From positions 128,001 to 192,000 of the forward strand of contig OZ219786.1 in the NCBI GenBank assembly GCA_964291285.2: a stretch of DNA of 64,000 nucleotides, given 5' to 3'. Below are positions 9,771-21,339 of this stretch, one piece after another. Within the stretch, counting starts at the first letter, position 1, and each line of letters begins with the position of its first letter. Origin of the DNA: Alphaproteobacteria bacterium. GTDB taxonomy: Bacteria; Pseudomonadota; Alphaproteobacteria; Bin95. The notes below the pieces were generated by a model. That model worked only from the letters and a program-made list of their open reading frames with translations, did no database searches and was not told the DNA's origin. A program made the position numbers and the translations under genes.

Positions 9771-12484
9771 CGGACGAAGCACCACGCCACGTCTTCCTGG
9801 TCGATGGCTCCGGCTACATTTTCCGCGCCTTCCACGCCCTGCCGCCGATGACGCGGCCGGACGGCACGCCCGTCAACGCCGTCTATGGCTTCACCGCCAT
9901 GCTGATGCGGCTGGTCGAGGACACCGACGCCGACCGCATCGCGGTCGTGTTCGACGTGGCGCGGACGACCTTCCGCAACGACATCTACGCCGACTACAAG
10001 GCGAACCGCCCCGACCCGCCGCCCGAGCTGGTGCCGCAATTCTCGCTGATCCGCGATGCCGTCAAGGCGCTGAACCTTCAGGTTGCCGAACTGCCCGGCT
10101 ATGAAGCGGACGACATCATCGCGACCTATGCCCGCCGTGCGGCGGCGCTGGGCGCGGAGGTCACGATCGTCTCCTCCGACAAGGACCTGATGCAGCTTGT
10201 GGACGAGCGCATCTCGCTCTTCGACCCGGTGAAGCAGCGCCGGATTGGCGGGCCGGAGGTGGTCGAACGCTTCGGCGTGCCGCCGGAAAAAGTGGTGGAC
10301 GTGCAGGCGCTTGCCGGCGATTCCAGCGACAATGTGCCGGGCGTGCCCGGGATTGGCGTCAAGACCGCGGCGCAGCTGATCGAAGAGTATGGCGACCTCG
10401 ATACGCTGTTGGCGCGGGCGGAGGAAATCCGCCAGCCCAAGCGGCGCAGCAATCTCATTGAATTCGCCGAGCAGGCGCGTGTCTCGCGGGAGCTCGTGCT
10501 GCTGCGCGATGATGCACCGGTCACGGAAGACCTGGACGCCTTCGCCGTGCCGGGTCTGGACCCCGCGCGGCTCAGACCCTTCCTGGAAGAGCAAGGCTTC
10601 GCCTCGATCCTTGCCCGGCTCGGCGGCGTCGGCGAGGAAGAGCAGACGGCCGCCCCGGTAGAGGCCGAGTACGAACTCGTCACAGAGGAGGAGACGCTAA
10701 AGCGTTGGGTCGAAGCGGGTTTCGAGGCCGGAATCGTCGCCATCGACACCGAGACGGACAGCCTGGATGCACAGCGCGCGCGCCTCGTGGGCCTGTCGCT
10801 CGCCGTGGCGCCCGGCAGGGCCTGCTACATCCCCGTCGGGCACGACCTGGCGGCGGAACTGCTGGAAGCCGAGGCCCCGCGCCAGCTTTCTCCCGAAACC
10901 GCGCTTGCGATACTGGCCCCGCTGCTCTCCTCCGACGCCGTGCTGAAGGTCGGGCAGAACATAAAATACGACATGGAAGTCCTCGCCAGGCATGGCGTAA
11001 GCGTCACGCCTGTCGATGACACGATGGTGCTGTCCTATGTACTCGACGGTTCGAGCCACGGCCACGGCATGGACGAGCTCGCGCGTCTGCATCTCGGCCA
11101 TGAATGCATCAGCTACGAAAGCGTCTGCGGCAAGGGCAGGAACGCGATCACCTTCGACAGGGTGGCGCTCGACAAGGCGCTCGACTATGCGGCCGAAGAC
11201 GCCGACATCACGCTCAGATTGCATGGAGTGCTGCGCCCGCGGCTCCGCGAGGAGCGCATGGCGGCGGTCTATGAGACCATCGAGCGTCCGCTGATCCCGG
11301 TACTCGCCGACATGGAGAATGCCGGCATCAAGGTCGATGTCGCGGCGCTGAACGCGCTCTCGAAGGACTTTGCGCGCCGCATCGGCGATCTCGAGCAGGA
11401 AATTCACGACCTTGCCGGCCGGTCCTTCAATATCGGTTCGCCCAAGCAGCTCGGCGAAATCCTGTTCGACGAGATGAGCCTTCCCGGCGGAAAGAAGGGC
11501 AAGACCGGGGCCTATGGAACGGGCGCCGAAATCCTCGAGGACCTGCGCGCGCAGGGTCACGACCTGCCGGCGCGGGTGCTCGACTGGCGCCAGCTTTCGA
11601 AGCTGCGCAGCACCTACACGGAAGCACTGGCCGCCGCCGCCCATCCCGGCACGCAGCGCGTCCATACCTCCTTCTCCCAGGCGGTTGCCGGCACGGGCCG
11701 CCTCTCCTCCAACGACCCCAATCTCCAGAACATTCCCGTGCGCACCGAGGAAGGTCGCAAGATCCGCCGCGCCTTCGTGGCGGAACCGGGCCATGTGCTC
11801 GTCAGCGCGGACTACTCGCAGATCGAACTGCGCCTACTCGCCCATGTCGCGGAGATCGAGCCGCTGAGGGACGCGTTCCATGCCGGCCTCGACATTCATG
11901 CGCTCACCGCCTCACAGGTGTTCGGGCAACCGGTCGAAGGCATGGACGCGATGACTCGCCGACGGGCCAAGGCGATCAATTTCGGCATCATTTACGGGAT
12001 TTCGCCCTTCGGCCTCTCGCGCCAGCTTGCGATTCCGCAGGGCGAGGCGCGGGCCTATATCGACGCCTATTTCGAGCGCTATCCCGGCATCCGCGACTAT
12101 ATGGGCCGGGCGCGGGCCTTTGCGCGCAAGCATGGCTACGTGCCGACCATATTCGGGCGGAAATGCCGCACGCCCTATATCGCCGACAAGAATCCCGCCC
12201 GGCGCAGCTTTGGCGAACGCGCCGCGATCAATGCGCCGCTCCAGGGCTCGGCCGCGGACATCATCAAGCGTGCCATGCTGCGCGTGTCTCCGGCGCTTGC
12301 CGAAACGGGCCTGAAGGCGCGCATGATTCTCCAGGTCCATGACGAGCTGCTTTTCGAGGTGCCCCAGGACGAGGTCGAGGAGACTCGCGCCTGTGTCGCC
12401 GGGACGATGGAAAGCGCGGCGGAGCTTGCGATACCGCTGGTGGTCGAGACCGGAGCGGCGGACAACTGGGCCGACTCGCATTAG
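9767..12484 (+). CDS. polA: DNA polymerase I
   Basis: [14 protein letters not shown] 5'-3' exonuclease, DTET 3'-5' exonuclease, [24 protein letters not shown]. Confidence 0.98.
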   Translation: MTDEAPRHVFLVDGSGYIFRAFHALPPMTRPDGTPVNAVYGFTAMLMRLVEDTDADRIAVVFDVARTTFRNDIYADYKANRPDPPPELVPQFSLIRDAVKALNLQVAELPGYEADDIIATYARRAAALGAEVTIVSSDKDLMQLVDERISLFDPVKQRRIGGPEVVERFGVPPEKVVDVQALAGDSSDNVPGVPGIGVKTAAQLIEEYGDLDTLLARAEEIRQPKRRSNLIEFAEQARVSRELVLLRDDAPVTEDLDAFAVPGLDPARLRPFLEEQGFASILARLGGVGEEEQTAAPVEAEYELVTEEETLKRWVEAGFEAGIVAIDTETDSLDAQRARLVGLSLAVAPGRACYIPVGHDLAAELLEAEAPRQLSPETALAILAPLLSSDAVLKVGQNIKYDMEVLARHGVSVTPVDDTMVLSYVLDGSSHGHGMDELARLHLGHECISYESVCGKGRNAITFDRVALDKALDYAAEDADITLRLHGVLRPRLREERMAAVYETIERPLIPVLADMENAGIKVDVAALNALSKDFARRIGDLEQEIHDLAGRSFNIGSPKQLGEILFDEMSLPGGKKGKTGAYGTGAEILEDLRAQGHDLPARVLDWRQLSKLRSTYTEALAAAAHPGTQRVHTSFSQAVAGTGRLSSNDPNLQNIPVRTEEGRKIRRAFVAEPGHVLVSADYSQIELRLLAHVAEIEPLRDAFHAGLDIHALTASQVFGQPVEGMDAMTRRRAKAINFGIIYGISPFGLSRQLAIPQGEARAYIDAYFERYPGIRDYMGRARAFARKHGYVPTIFGRKCRTPYIADKNPARRSFGERAAINAPLQGSAADIIKRAMLRVSPALAETGLKARMILQVHDELLFEVPQDEVEETRACVAGTMESAAELAIPLVVETGAADNWADSH

Positions 12485-12535
12485 CCCGGCGATTCGCTTG
12501 CCCGGAGCGTGCGCTTCCGTCATAGGTGGCGGGTG

Positions 12536-15055
12536 ATGACCGACCGGCAGGACGACGACCGCGACGATACCGACGAAGCGCTGGGCGACGCCGAACGGCA
12601 GGCCGCCGTATTCACTCATACCCGTCTGGCGCGGCGCAAGGAACTCGCAGAAGACTATGTCGAGCTGATCGACGACCTGATCGAGGCCAATGGCGAGGCC
12701 CGTCTGGTCGAAATCGCGCGGCGCATGGGCGTCACCCACATGACGGCCAGCAAGGCGGTCGCCCGCCTGCAGCGCGACGGGCTGGTGACGACCCGGCCCT
12801 ACCGCTCGATCTTCCTCACCGGGAAAGGCCGCCAGATGGCGCTGCGCTCGCGCCGGCGCCACCAGATCGTGCTCGACTTCCTCAAGACCATCGGAGTCAG
12901 CGACGAGACCGCGCGGCGCGACGCCGAAGGCATCGAGCACCATGTCAGCGAGGAAACATTGCGGGCGTTCACGCGGATCAGCGAGACGGGGAACGCCGCA
13001 AGCCCCCCGCGCGCGGAACGGCGGCCGCTGAGCATCACCCAGCACGGGCAGGAGCGCATCGACCCCTATGCCTGGCTCCGGGCGGGGAACTGGCAGGAGG
13101 CGATGCGAGACCCTTCCGTCCTGCCGGACGACATCCGCGGACATCTGGAGGCCGAGAACGAATACACAAACGCGGTCATGGAGCCGCTGCGCGGCCTGCA
13201 GGAGCGGCTCAGGCAGGAGATGCGTGCCAGGATCAAGGAGGACGACACGACGGCCCCTGCGCCCGACGGCCCGTTCGCCTACTACACCCGGTTCGTGACC
13301 GGCGGCGAGCATCCGCTTTTCTGCCGGCAGGACGGCGGCGGCGAAGAGACGATCCTGCTCGACGGCAACCTGCTGGCGGAGGGCCAGCCCTATTGCCGCA
13401 TCGCCGCCTGCGCCCACAGCCCCGACCACAGGCTCATCGCCTACACCGTCGATCTCTCGGGCTCGGAGGACTACACGCTCGCCTTCCGGGATGCCGGGAG
13501 CGGCGCGGACCTCGAAGACAGGGTCGAACGCACGGCCGGCGGCGTCGTCTGGGCGAACGACAGCCGGACCGTCTTCTACACCGTGCGCGACGACAATGCG
13601 CGGCCGCGCTGGGTTTACCGCCGCAGTCTCGGAGGGCAACCCGAGCTCGTTTACGAGGAGCCCGACCCCGGTTTCTTCCTCAATGTCGGCAAGACCCAGA
13701 GCGGTCGGTTCATCCTCCTGGATTCGCACGACCACACGAGCGGCGAAATCCGGCTGGTCGATGCGGACCGGCCGCAACACCCGCCGCGCCTCGTCGCCGC
13801 CCGGCGCGCGGATGTGGAATATTCGCTGGGAGATCAGGGGGAACGGCTGCTGATCCTCACCAATGACCGCAAGGCCGAGGATTTCCGCATCGCCGCCGCC
13901 CCGCTCGACGCCCCGGACCCCGGAGCATGGGAGGACCTGGTCTCCCACAGGCCGGGATGTCTCATCCTGCAATTACTGCTGTTCCGGGACTGGATCGTGC
14001 GGCTGGAGCGCGAGGACGGCCTGCCGCGGATCGTCGTGCGGGCCCTCGACTCCGGCGAGGAACACGACATCGCCTTCGACGAGGAGGCGTATGCCCTCGG
14101 CATCCTGCCGGGCTTCGAATATGCGAGCGGCACGCTGCGCTTCTCCTATGCCTCGCCGACCACGCCGACGCATGTCTATGACTACGACATGGCGGGCCGG
14201 ACGCGCCGGCTGCTGCGCAAACAGGAAGTGCCGAGCGGCCATGACCCCGGGGATTACCGCACGCGCCGGCTGGCCGCGACCGCGCCGGACGGCGAGCGGG
14301 TGCCCGTTACCCTGCTCTACCGCGCCGACCTCGAATTCTCGCCGCCGCCACCCTGCCTCCTTTACGGCTACGGCGCCTACGGCATATCGATCCCCGCCGC
14401 TTTCTCGACTTCGAGGCTGAGCCTGGTGGACAGGGGATTCGTCTATGCCATCGCCCATATCAGGGGCGGGACGGATCGCGGCTACCGCTGGTACCGGACC
14501 GGCAAGCTCGCAGGCAAGACCAACAGTTTCGACGACTTCACCGCGGCGGGACGCCATTTGATGGCCGAAGGCTGCGCCGGCGGCATCGTCGCCCATGGCG
14601 GCAGCGCCGGCGGCCTGCTTGTCGGCGCGGCGGTCAATCGGGCGCCGGAGTTGTTCACGGCGGTGCTGGCCGAAGTGCCGTTCGTCGATGTGCTCAACAC
14701 CATGTCGGACCCGACTCTGCCGCTGACACCGCCGGAATGGCCGGAATGGGGCAATCCGATCGAGGACGAGGAGGCGTTCCGGCGCATCGCCGCCTACAGC
14801 CCCTACGAGAATATCGCCGCCGCGTCCTATCCCGACATTTTCGCCACGGCGGGCGTGTCGGACCCGCGCGTCACCTATTGGGAGCCGGCGAAATGGATCG
14901 CCGCGCTGCGTGAGACGGTCGAAGGCGACCCCCTGCTACTGCTGCGAACGAACATGACCGCTGGACATGGCGGCGCGTCCGGGCGGTTCGAGACCTTGAA
15001 CGAACTCGCGGAGCTTTACGCCTTCGCGCTGAGCCGTTTCGGGATTACCGACTAG
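12536..15055 (+). CDS. Fusion of an MntR (DtxR-family) regulator with oligopeptidase B (S9A)
   Basis: N-terminal EDYVELIDDLI, RPYRSIFLT, DAEGIEHHVSEETL (MntR); then IDPYAWLR, YGYGAYG, GGSAGG, DPRVTYWEPAKW, AGHGG (PtrB); single continuous frame. Confidence 0.85.
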   Translation: MTDRQDDDRDDTDEALGDAERQAAVFTHTRLARRKELAEDYVELIDDLIEANGEARLVEIARRMGVTHMTASKAVARLQRDGLVTTRPYRSIFLTGKGRQMALRSRRRHQIVLDFLKTIGVSDETARRDAEGIEHHVSEETLRAFTRISETGNAASPPRAERRPLSITQHGQERIDPYAWLRAGNWQEAMRDPSVLPDDIRGHLEAENEYTNAVMEPLRGLQERLRQEMRARIKEDDTTAPAPDGPFAYYTRFVTGGEHPLFCRQDGGGEETILLDGNLLAEGQPYCRIAACAHSPDHRLIAYTVDLSGSEDYTLAFRDAGSGADLEDRVERTAGGVVWANDSRTVFYTVRDDNARPRWVYRRSLGGQPELVYEEPDPGFFLNVGKTQSGRFILLDSHDHTSGEIRLVDADRPQHPPRLVAARRADVEYSLGDQGERLLILTNDRKAEDFRIAAAPLDAPDPGAWEDLVSHRPGCLILQLLLFRDWIVRLEREDGLPRIVVRALDSGEEHDIAFDEEAYALGILPGFEYASGTLRFSYASPTTPTHVYDYDMAGRTRRLLRKQEVPSGHDPGDYRTRRLAATAPDGERVPVTLLYRADLEFSPPPPCLLYGYGAYGISIPAAFSTSRLSLVDRGFVYAIAHIRGGTDRGYRWYRTGKLAGKTNSFDDFTAAGRHLMAEGCAGGIVAHGGSAGGLLVGAAVNRAPELFTAVLAEVPFVDVLNTMSDPTLPLTPPEWPEWGNPIEDEEAFRRIAAYSPYENIAAASYPDIFATAGVSDPRVTYWEPAKWIAALRETVEGDPLLLLRTNMTAGHGGASGRFETLNELAELYAFALSRFGITD

Positions 15056-15582
15056 CGGCGGCTGCCGAGATTGTACTCGAACTGTTCCTTCGTCAGCTGC
15101 ATTCCGACATAGACGCGGTAGGAGGCCAGAGAGGCGTTTTCCCCTGTCGGGATATCCAGAGCCAGACGCTCGGACTTAGCAGCCTCCGTCCCGCTGCCCG
15201 CCAACGAGACCTCCACGGAAAACGGCGTCCGCGCCGCAACGCCGCCGGCAGGGTCGACCACTGCAACGAAATAGTTGAATTGGTGTTCGCCCGCGGCACT
15301 TGCAGGGCCCCGCTGCGTGCGGAACACGATGTCCAGATCGATAGAGCCGACCCTGGTGTCGTCGTCGAAACTGCAGTCCGCCGTGAGGTTCCCGACATGC
15401 ACCTGGAACTCTATATCCGTCAGGTCTCTCCCGGCGCCCTTGAACCTCGTCAGTTGCCTTGCGCCGTCCAGGGCGTCGACCGTCGGACAGGCGACGGAGC
15501 TTCCGCCAAGGCTCGAGCACCCGGCCAGTATCGAAAGCGCCGCGACCGACGCTGCGGCTCCGGCCGCGAATCCTCTCGCCAT
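15052..15582 (-). CDS. Putative lipoprotein
   Basis: Signal peptide with LAGC lipobox; divergent from ispH. Confidence 0.7.
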   Translation of the reverse strand: MARGFAAGAAASVAALSILAGCSSLGGSSVACPTVDALDGARQLTRFKGAGRDLTDIEFQVHVGNLTADCSFDDDTRVGSIDLDIVFRTQRGPASAAGEHQFNYFVAVVDPAGGVAARTPFSVEVSLAGSGTEAAKSERLALDIPTGENASLASYRVYVGMQLTKEQFEYNLGSRR

Positions 15583-15657
15583 CGACTGCCCTCTGGATTA
15601 GGTTCGGCGGTGCGCCAAGCGCGCTGCGGACCTTAGAACGGACCGGAGGTAGGCACA

Positions 15658-16608
15658 ATGACAAGCGAGAAGCCGGCTCTCACGATTCGTCTGGTCGGTC
15701 CGCGCGGATTTTGCGCGGGCGTCGTGCGCGCAATCGAGATCGTCGAAGCCGCTCTCGAACGCTACGGCGCGCCCGTCTATGTGCGCCACGAAATCGTGCA
15801 TAACCGTTTCGTCGTCGAGACGCTCGAGCAAAAGGGCGCGGTGTTCGTCGAAGAGCTGGACGAGGTTCCGGACGAGGTGCCGGTCGTCTTTTCCGCGCAT
15901 GGCGTACCGAAGTCCGTCCCCGCGGAAGCCGGACGGCGCGAGCTGCATTACATCGATGCCACCTGCCCGCTGGTCAGCAAGATCCATCGGGAGGCGGAGC
16001 GGCATTTCGCGACGGACCGGCACATCTTTCTGATCGGCCATGCCGACCACCCGGAGGTCGTGGGCACGATGGGCCAGTTGCCGAAGGGCGCCATCGAGCT
16101 GATCCAGACCGTCGATGACGCGCGGCGGGTCGAGCCGCCGGCCGGGCGCGAACTTGCCTATGTCACGCAGACGACGCTTTCGGTGGACGATACTGCGGAA
16201 ATCATCGAGGCGTTGCGCACGCGGTTTCCCGATCTGAACGAACCGAGACGGGAAGACATCTGCTACGCCACGACCAACCGCCAGGCCGCGGTCAAGGCCG
16301 CCGTGCCCGGCGCAGATGCCGTGCTCGTGATCGGGTGCCGGAATTCGTCGAATTCCAACCGCCTGGTGGAGGTTGCAAGGGCGGCCGGCTGTTTGCGGTC
16401 ATATCTCGTGGACGGCGTGGCCCATGTCGATTGGGCAGCGCTGATGGACATCCGGGTATTGGCCGTCACCGCGGGCGCATCGGCGCCGGAAGTGCTCGTC
16501 GAAGAGGTCGTGCAGGCCTGCCGCGAACGTTTCGATGTGACGGTCGAGGACTGGACGGACACGCTGGAAACCGTGAAGTTCAAACTACCGCGCGAACTGG
16601 TGGCCTGA
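15658..16608 (+). CDS. ispH: 4-hydroxy-3-methylbut-2-enyl diphosphate reductase
   Basis: [29 protein letters not shown]. Confidence 0.97.
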   Translation: MTSEKPALTIRLVGPRGFCAGVVRAIEIVEAALERYGAPVYVRHEIVHNRFVVETLEQKGAVFVEELDEVPDEVPVVFSAHGVPKSVPAEAGRRELHYIDATCPLVSKIHREAERHFATDRHIFLIGHADHPEVVGTMGQLPKGAIELIQTVDDARRVEPPAGRELAYVTQTTLSVDDTAEIIEALRTRFPDLNEPRREDICYATTNRQAAVKAAVPGADAVLVIGCRNSSNSNRLVEVARAAGCLRSYLVDGVAHVDWAALMDIRVLAVTAGASAPEVLVEEVVQACRERFDVTVEDWTDTLETVKFKLPRELVA

Positions 16609-16614
16609 CCCCGG

Positions 16615-17532
16615 ATGGCGGTCTATACGCCGGTCGGCGAGACTGCGCTGGAGCGCTTTCTGGCCGGATACCGGATGGACTGCCTGCTGCGGTTCGAGCC
16701 CATAGCCGAGGGAATCGACAACACGAACTATCTGCTCGAAACCGCTTCGGGCCGGTATGTGCTGACGCTCTTCGAGAGCCGGATCGACCCCGCGGACCTG
16801 CCGTTCTTCGTGGACCTGATGGACTACCTTGCCGTTCGCGGCGTGCCCTGCCCTGCCCCGGTGCGCCGCCTCGACGGAGCGAGTCTGGCGCCGTTGGCCG
16901 GACGGACCGCGCTCATCGTGACCTTCCTGGAAGGTGAACGCGATCCCTCCGCATTCGGAGCTATCGGTGAGGCGCTCGCCCGGCTTCACCTGGCCGGCGC
17001 CGGATTTCCTTCGAGGCGTTCCAACGACCTGGGCCCGGAAGGGTGGCGCCGCCTCGCCGCCCTGACATCCGGCCGCGCCGACGAGGTGACTGCGGGCCTG
17101 GCTGATTACATCGCCGAAGTTCTGGGCGAACTGGCGAAGGCCTGGCCGGCGGACCTGCCCGGCGGCGCCATCCATGCCGATCTTTTCCCGGACAACGCGG
17201 TCTTCCGGGATGGCGCCGTATCGGGCATTTACGATTTCTATTTCGCCTGCATGGATGCGTTCGCCTACGACCTTGCCATTACCCAGGTCGCATGGGCCGT
17301 GGATGCGCAAGGGCGCTTCGACGCCCACGCCGCGGCCGAGATGCAGGAAGGCTACGAAGCCGCCCGGCCGCTCGAATCAGCCGAACTGCGCGCCTTGCCG
17401 AAGCTAAGGCGGGGAGCGGCGCTTCGCTTCCTTCTGACCCGGCTGCATGACTGGCTCTACCCGGCCCCCGCCGCACTGATGACTCCCAAGGACCCACTCG
17501 AATACATGCGCAAGCTCCGCGAACTCTCATGA
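16615..17532 (+). CDS. thrB: Homoserine kinase type II
   Basis: [20 protein letters not shown]; ispH-thrB-rnhA gene order. Confidence 0.93.
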   Translation: MAVYTPVGETALERFLAGYRMDCLLRFEPIAEGIDNTNYLLETASGRYVLTLFESRIDPADLPFFVDLMDYLAVRGVPCPAPVRRLDGASLAPLAGRTALIVTFLEGERDPSAFGAIGEALARLHLAGAGFPSRRSNDLGPEGWRRLAALTSGRADEVTAGLADYIAEVLGELAKAWPADLPGGAIHADLFPDNAVFRDGAVSGIYDFYFACMDAFAYDLAITQVAWAVDAQGRFDAHAAAEMQEGYEAARPLESAELRALPKLRRGAALRFLLTRLHDWLYPAPAALMTPKDPLEYMRKLRELS

Positions 17533-17972
17533 CCGGTGTCGAAATCTTTACCGACGGCGCCTGTCTCGGAAATCCGGGTCCCGGCGGCTGGGCGGCGCTG
17601 CTGCGCTTTGGAGCGCAGGAATCGGAATTGGCCGGCGGCGCCCCGCATACCACCAATAACCGTATGGAACTGATGGCCGTCATTTCCGGCCTCGAGGCCC
17701 TCACCCGGCCCTGCTCCGTGCGCCTTGTGACCGACAGCCGCTATGTCATGGACGGTATCCGGTCCTGGCTGCCGGTGTGGAAGCGCAATGGCTGGCGCAC
17801 TGCGGCGAAGAAGCCCGTGAAGAATATCGACCTGTGGCAGCGGCTCGACATGGCGGCGGCCCGCCATGAAATCGAATGGCTCTGGGTCCGCGGCCATGCC
17901 GGCCACGCCGAGAACGAGCGCGTTGATGCCCTCGCGCGCCAAGAGGCCGAGCGCGAGGGCGGCGGCTGCTAG
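17529..17972 (+). CDS. rnhA: Ribonuclease HI
   Basis: [34 protein letters not shown]. Confidence 0.97.
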   Translation: MTGVEIFTDGACLGNPGPGGWAALLRFGAQESELAGGAPHTTNNRMELMAVISGLEALTRPCSVRLVTDSRYVMDGIRSWLPVWKRNGWRTAAKKPVKNIDLWQRLDMAAARHEIEWLWVRGHAGHAENERVDALARQEAEREGGGC

Positions 17973-18451
17973 AGCTGCTCGAGAATTTTCTCGGCGCTGG
18001 AAACTTCGAAAGCCCCTCCGTCTTCCAGATTCAACTGCGTGACCGTGCCGTCTTCCACGACCATCGAATAGCGGCGCGCACGCACGCCGAGCCCGAGCTT
18101 GCTCAGGTCCAGTTCGACCCCCATTGCCTTGGCCAGGTCGCCATTGCCGTCGGCAAGCATCCGGATCTTGCCGGCCGCGCCGCCCTGTTCTCCCCAGGCG
18201 TTCATGACGAAGGCGTCGTTGACCGCAAGGCAGACAATGTCGTCCACCCCCCTGGCCCGGATCGCGTCCGCCTTTTCAACGAAGCCCGGCAGGTGTTTTG
18301 CCGAACAGGTGGGCGTGAAGGCCCCGGGCACGCAGAAGGCGACAACCTTCCTGCCGCTGAAGAGGTCCGCCGTTTCGACGCTCTGCGGTCCGCCGTCCGT
18401 TACCTCCTTCAAGGTCACGGCCGGAACCTTGTCTCCCTTGGCAATCGTCAT
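17969..18451 (-). CDS. Peroxiredoxin (Prx5 type)
   Basis: [23 protein letters not shown]. Confidence 0.93.
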   Translation of the reverse strand: MTIAKGDKVPAVTLKEVTDGGPQSVETADLFSGRKVVAFCVPGAFTPTCSAKHLPGFVEKADAIRARGVDDIVCLAVNDAFVMNAWGEQGGAAGKIRMLADGNGDLAKAMGVELDLSKLGLGVRARRYSMVVEDGTVTQLNLEDGGAFEVSSAEKILEQL

Positions 18452-18593
18452 GCCTGCTACTCCTCGTATTGGACAGCCGCACCATAGGAACCCTCGGCCC
18501 CCGGTGCAAAGCGGTGATTTGAGAGCAGGTTGAACTGGACTGTCCGGCAATCCGTCTTCTATAACGGCGGGGTCGAATTGGCCGGAGGCGCTG

Positions 18594-19547
18594 ATGCCGG
18601 ATTCGGTACCGGCGGGCGTAGCTGACCGCGGGAAATTCCAGGATCCCGACCTGACTGCAGACGGCAGCCCCCGTGCGCGGGTCGCGTTGGGCAAGCTGGA
18701 GACGCTCTGGATCAATACCGGGACGCTCTGCAATCTCGCCTGCTGCAATTGCTACATCGAATCGAGCCCCCGCAACGACCGGCTCGCCTATATCCGGGCC
18801 GATGAAGTCGCGGCATATCTGGATGAGATCGCCCGAACGGATGCCGGGACCCGCGTGATCGGGTTTACGGGCGGCGAGCCGTTCTTGAACCCGGATTTCA
18901 CGGCCATGCTGGCGGACGCGCTCGAACGCGGCTTCGAGACATTGACGCTGACCAACGCGATGCGCCCGATGATGAAGCACAGCGGGGCGCTGCTGGAACT
19001 CCGGGCCCGCCACGGCGGCAGGGTCCGCCTTCGGGTCTCCCTGGACCACTACACCGAAGCGTTGCACGAGACGGAACGGGGCGAGCGCAGTTGGGAGCCC
19101 GCGCTCGCCGGACTGTCCTGGCTCGACGCGAACGGCTTTGCGCCGGAAGTCGCAGGCCGCACCTGCTGGGGAGAAGACGAAGCCTCCGCGCGCGCCGGCT
19201 ATGCGCGCCTGTTCGCCGGGCTGGGCCTTGGCTGCAAAGCCGACGACCCGGTTTCCCTGACGCTCTTTCCCGAGATGGATGAAGGCGCCCCCGTGCCCGA
19301 GATCAGCGCCGCCTGCTGGACGGTACTCGGCAAGTCGCCCTCCGACATCATGTGCTCGTCCTCCCGCATGGTCGTGAAGCGCCGGGGCGCGGCGAGACCG
19401 GTTGTCGTTGCCTGCACCCTCCTGCCCTATGATCCGCGTTTCGAGCTCGGCGAAACGCTGTCCGAGGCCGCCGGGTCCGTGCCCCTCAACCATGTGCATT
19501 GCGCGAGGTTCTGCGTGCTCGGCGGGGGAGCCTGCGGCGGCGCGTAA
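18594..19547 (+). CDS. Radical SAM protein of unknown function
   Basis: CNLACCNC CxxxCxxC motif, FTGGEPF, Cys-rich C-terminus. Confidence 0.88.
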   Translation: MPDSVPAGVADRGKFQDPDLTADGSPRARVALGKLETLWINTGTLCNLACCNCYIESSPRNDRLAYIRADEVAAYLDEIARTDAGTRVIGFTGGEPFLNPDFTAMLADALERGFETLTLTNAMRPMMKHSGALLELRARHGGRVRLRVSLDHYTEALHETERGERSWEPALAGLSWLDANGFAPEVAGRTCWGEDEASARAGYARLFAGLGLGCKADDPVSLTLFPEMDEGAPVPEISAACWTVLGKSPSDIMCSSSRMVVKRRGAARPVVVACTLLPYDPRFELGETLSEAAGSVPLNHVHCARFCVLGGGACGGA

Positions 19548-19585
19548 GATTCTGCGTTTTTGCCCCGCTGTTTCGAATTGGTATC

Positions 19586-19641
19586 TTGACTTTAGTTGCC
19601 TGGGCGACCATATCTCTGCATAAAGTCGCCTAGGTAACTAA
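19586..19641 (+). promoter_or_regulatory. Probable marR promoter with two palindromic operator boxes
   Basis: TTGACT-N17-CATATC; near-palindromes GTTGCCTGGGCGAC (19595-19608) and GTCGCCTAGGTAAC (19625-19638). Confidence 0.6.
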
Positions 19642-19659
19642 TTCCGGATTCCCGAACAG

Positions 19660-20139
19660 ATGGAAGACGAACGCTATTTCGGCTTTCTGGTCTCCGACGT
19701 CGCTCGCCTGCTGCGCACCGAGTTCGACCGCCGGGTGCGGGATTTCGGCCTCACGCGCTCTCAATGGCTGGCGCTCACCCGCATTTACCGCCAGCCGGGC
19801 TGCACCCAGTCGGAACTGGCGGAGACCATGGAGATGGAAAAAGGCCCCGCCGGCCGCCTGATCGACCGGCTTGAGGACAACGGCTTCGTCGTGCGCGAGG
19901 CCGACCCCGCGGACCGGCGCGTCAAGCGCATCCACCTTACGCCGGACGCCGAGGCGATCGAACGGACGATGCGCACGATCGCCCTCCAGACGATTCACGA
20001 AGCCCTGAGCGACCTTGACGAGGCCGAGCGCGACAAGGCGGTCGAGGTGCTGATTACGGTCAAGGCCCGTTTGCAGGAAATGCTCCAGAACAGCAACCAG
20101 ACGGCCAGTGCGGCCGACCGACAGATGGCAGCCCAATGA
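19660..20139 (+). CDS. MarR family transcriptional regulator
   Basis: GLTRSQW, RLIDRLEDNGFVVR..DPADRRVKRIHLT. Confidence 0.93.
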   Translation: MEDERYFGFLVSDVARLLRTEFDRRVRDFGLTRSQWLALTRIYRQPGCTQSELAETMEMEKGPAGRLIDRLEDNGFVVREADPADRRVKRIHLTPDAEAIERTMRTIALQTIHEALSDLDEAERDKAVEVLITVKARLQEMLQNSNQTASAADRQMAAQ

Positions 20140-21254
20140 GTTTGCGCCGCGTAAGCCGGGCCCTGACCCGCCTGTTCCTGCTGATCGTGGTGCCGCTCGC
20201 CGCGATAGCGGTCGGGTCCTATGTCTATCTCACGGGCGGGCGTTATGTGACGACCGAGAACGCCTATGTGAAGAACGACATCGTCCAGGTCAGCGCCGAT
20301 ATAGAAGGTCGGGTCGTGGATGTCGCCGTGCGCGACCACGAGGTGGTTCGCGCCGGAGACCTGCTCTTCCGCATCGACCCGGTGCCGGTCGAGATTCGCC
20401 TGGCGCGCGCCGAGGCGGAAATGGGCGTGGTGCGCGACGAGTTGCTCGGATTGCGGGCGGAATACGAAGTCGCGGCGGGTCAGCTGGAAGTAACGGAAGG
20501 CGAATCGCAGGAGGCGCTCGAGGCCGTTCGCTACCACCGGATGCAGGTGAAGCGCCTCCGCGACCTGCAGCGCCGCGGTGCCGCGGCTCGGATCAGGCTG
20601 GAAGCCGCCGAGCACGACCTGGCGGTCGCCCGCCAGCGGACCGAAGTGATCCGCAAGCAGGCGGAAGTGGCCCGGAAGCGGATGAGCCGGGTTCTGGTGC
20701 AGCTGGGGGGCGCGCTGGACACTCCTGTCGAGAAGCATCCGATGTACCGGGAAAAGGAGTCGCTGCGCGATGCGGCCAGGCTCGATCTCGACCGCACGGT
20801 TGTCCGCGCCGCGGTCGGCGGCATCGTCAGCAACGTCAAATTGCAGGCCGGCGAATATGTCGAATCCGGCAAGCCGGTGTTCTCCATCATCGTCGAGCAG
20901 CAGCCCTGGGTGGAAGCCAATCTCAAGGAGACGGAACTGACCCATGTCCGTGTCGGCCAGAAGGCGACGGTTGTGGTCGATGCCTATCCGGACTTCGTGT
21001 GGCAGGCGGTCGTGGATAGCATCAGCCCGGCCACCGGCGCGGAATTCGCCGTGCTTCCGCCGCAGAATGCGACCGGCAACTGGGTCAAGGTGGTGCAGCG
21101 CCTTCCGGTCCGTTTGGTGCTGCAGGACCGGCCCGGCGCGCCTCCGCTGCGCGCAGGCATGACCGTTTCCGCATCGATCGACACGGTGCGCGAGCGCCAT
21201 CTGCTGACCGTCATCAAGGATAGCTGGGCCCGCACCCGGGCCGACGCCGAATAG
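20136..21254 (+). CDS. HlyD/EmrA family membrane fusion protein
   Basis: N-terminal TM helix, TENAYV, ATGAEFAVLPPQNATGNWVKVVQRLPV. Confidence 0.92.
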   Translation: MSLRRVSRALTRLFLLIVVPLAAIAVGSYVYLTGGRYVTTENAYVKNDIVQVSADIEGRVVDVAVRDHEVVRAGDLLFRIDPVPVEIRLARAEAEMGVVRDELLGLRAEYEVAAGQLEVTEGESQEALEAVRYHRMQVKRLRDLQRRGAAARIRLEAAEHDLAVARQRTEVIRKQAEVARKRMSRVLVQLGGALDTPVEKHPMYREKESLRDAARLDLDRTVVRAAVGGIVSNVKLQAGEYVESGKPVFSIIVEQQPWVEANLKETELTHVRVGQKATVVVDAYPDFVWQAVVDSISPATGAEFAVLPPQNATGNWVKVVQRLPVRLVLQDRPGAPPLRAGMTVSASIDTVRERHLLTVIKDSWARTRADAE

Positions 21255-21339
21255 GGTGCCCCATGGACGACACGCCGCCTCATCGTAGATAATCGGGTTC
21301 GGCCTCATCAGAAAAGGCCTCGGCCCCAGGAGCCCGGAT

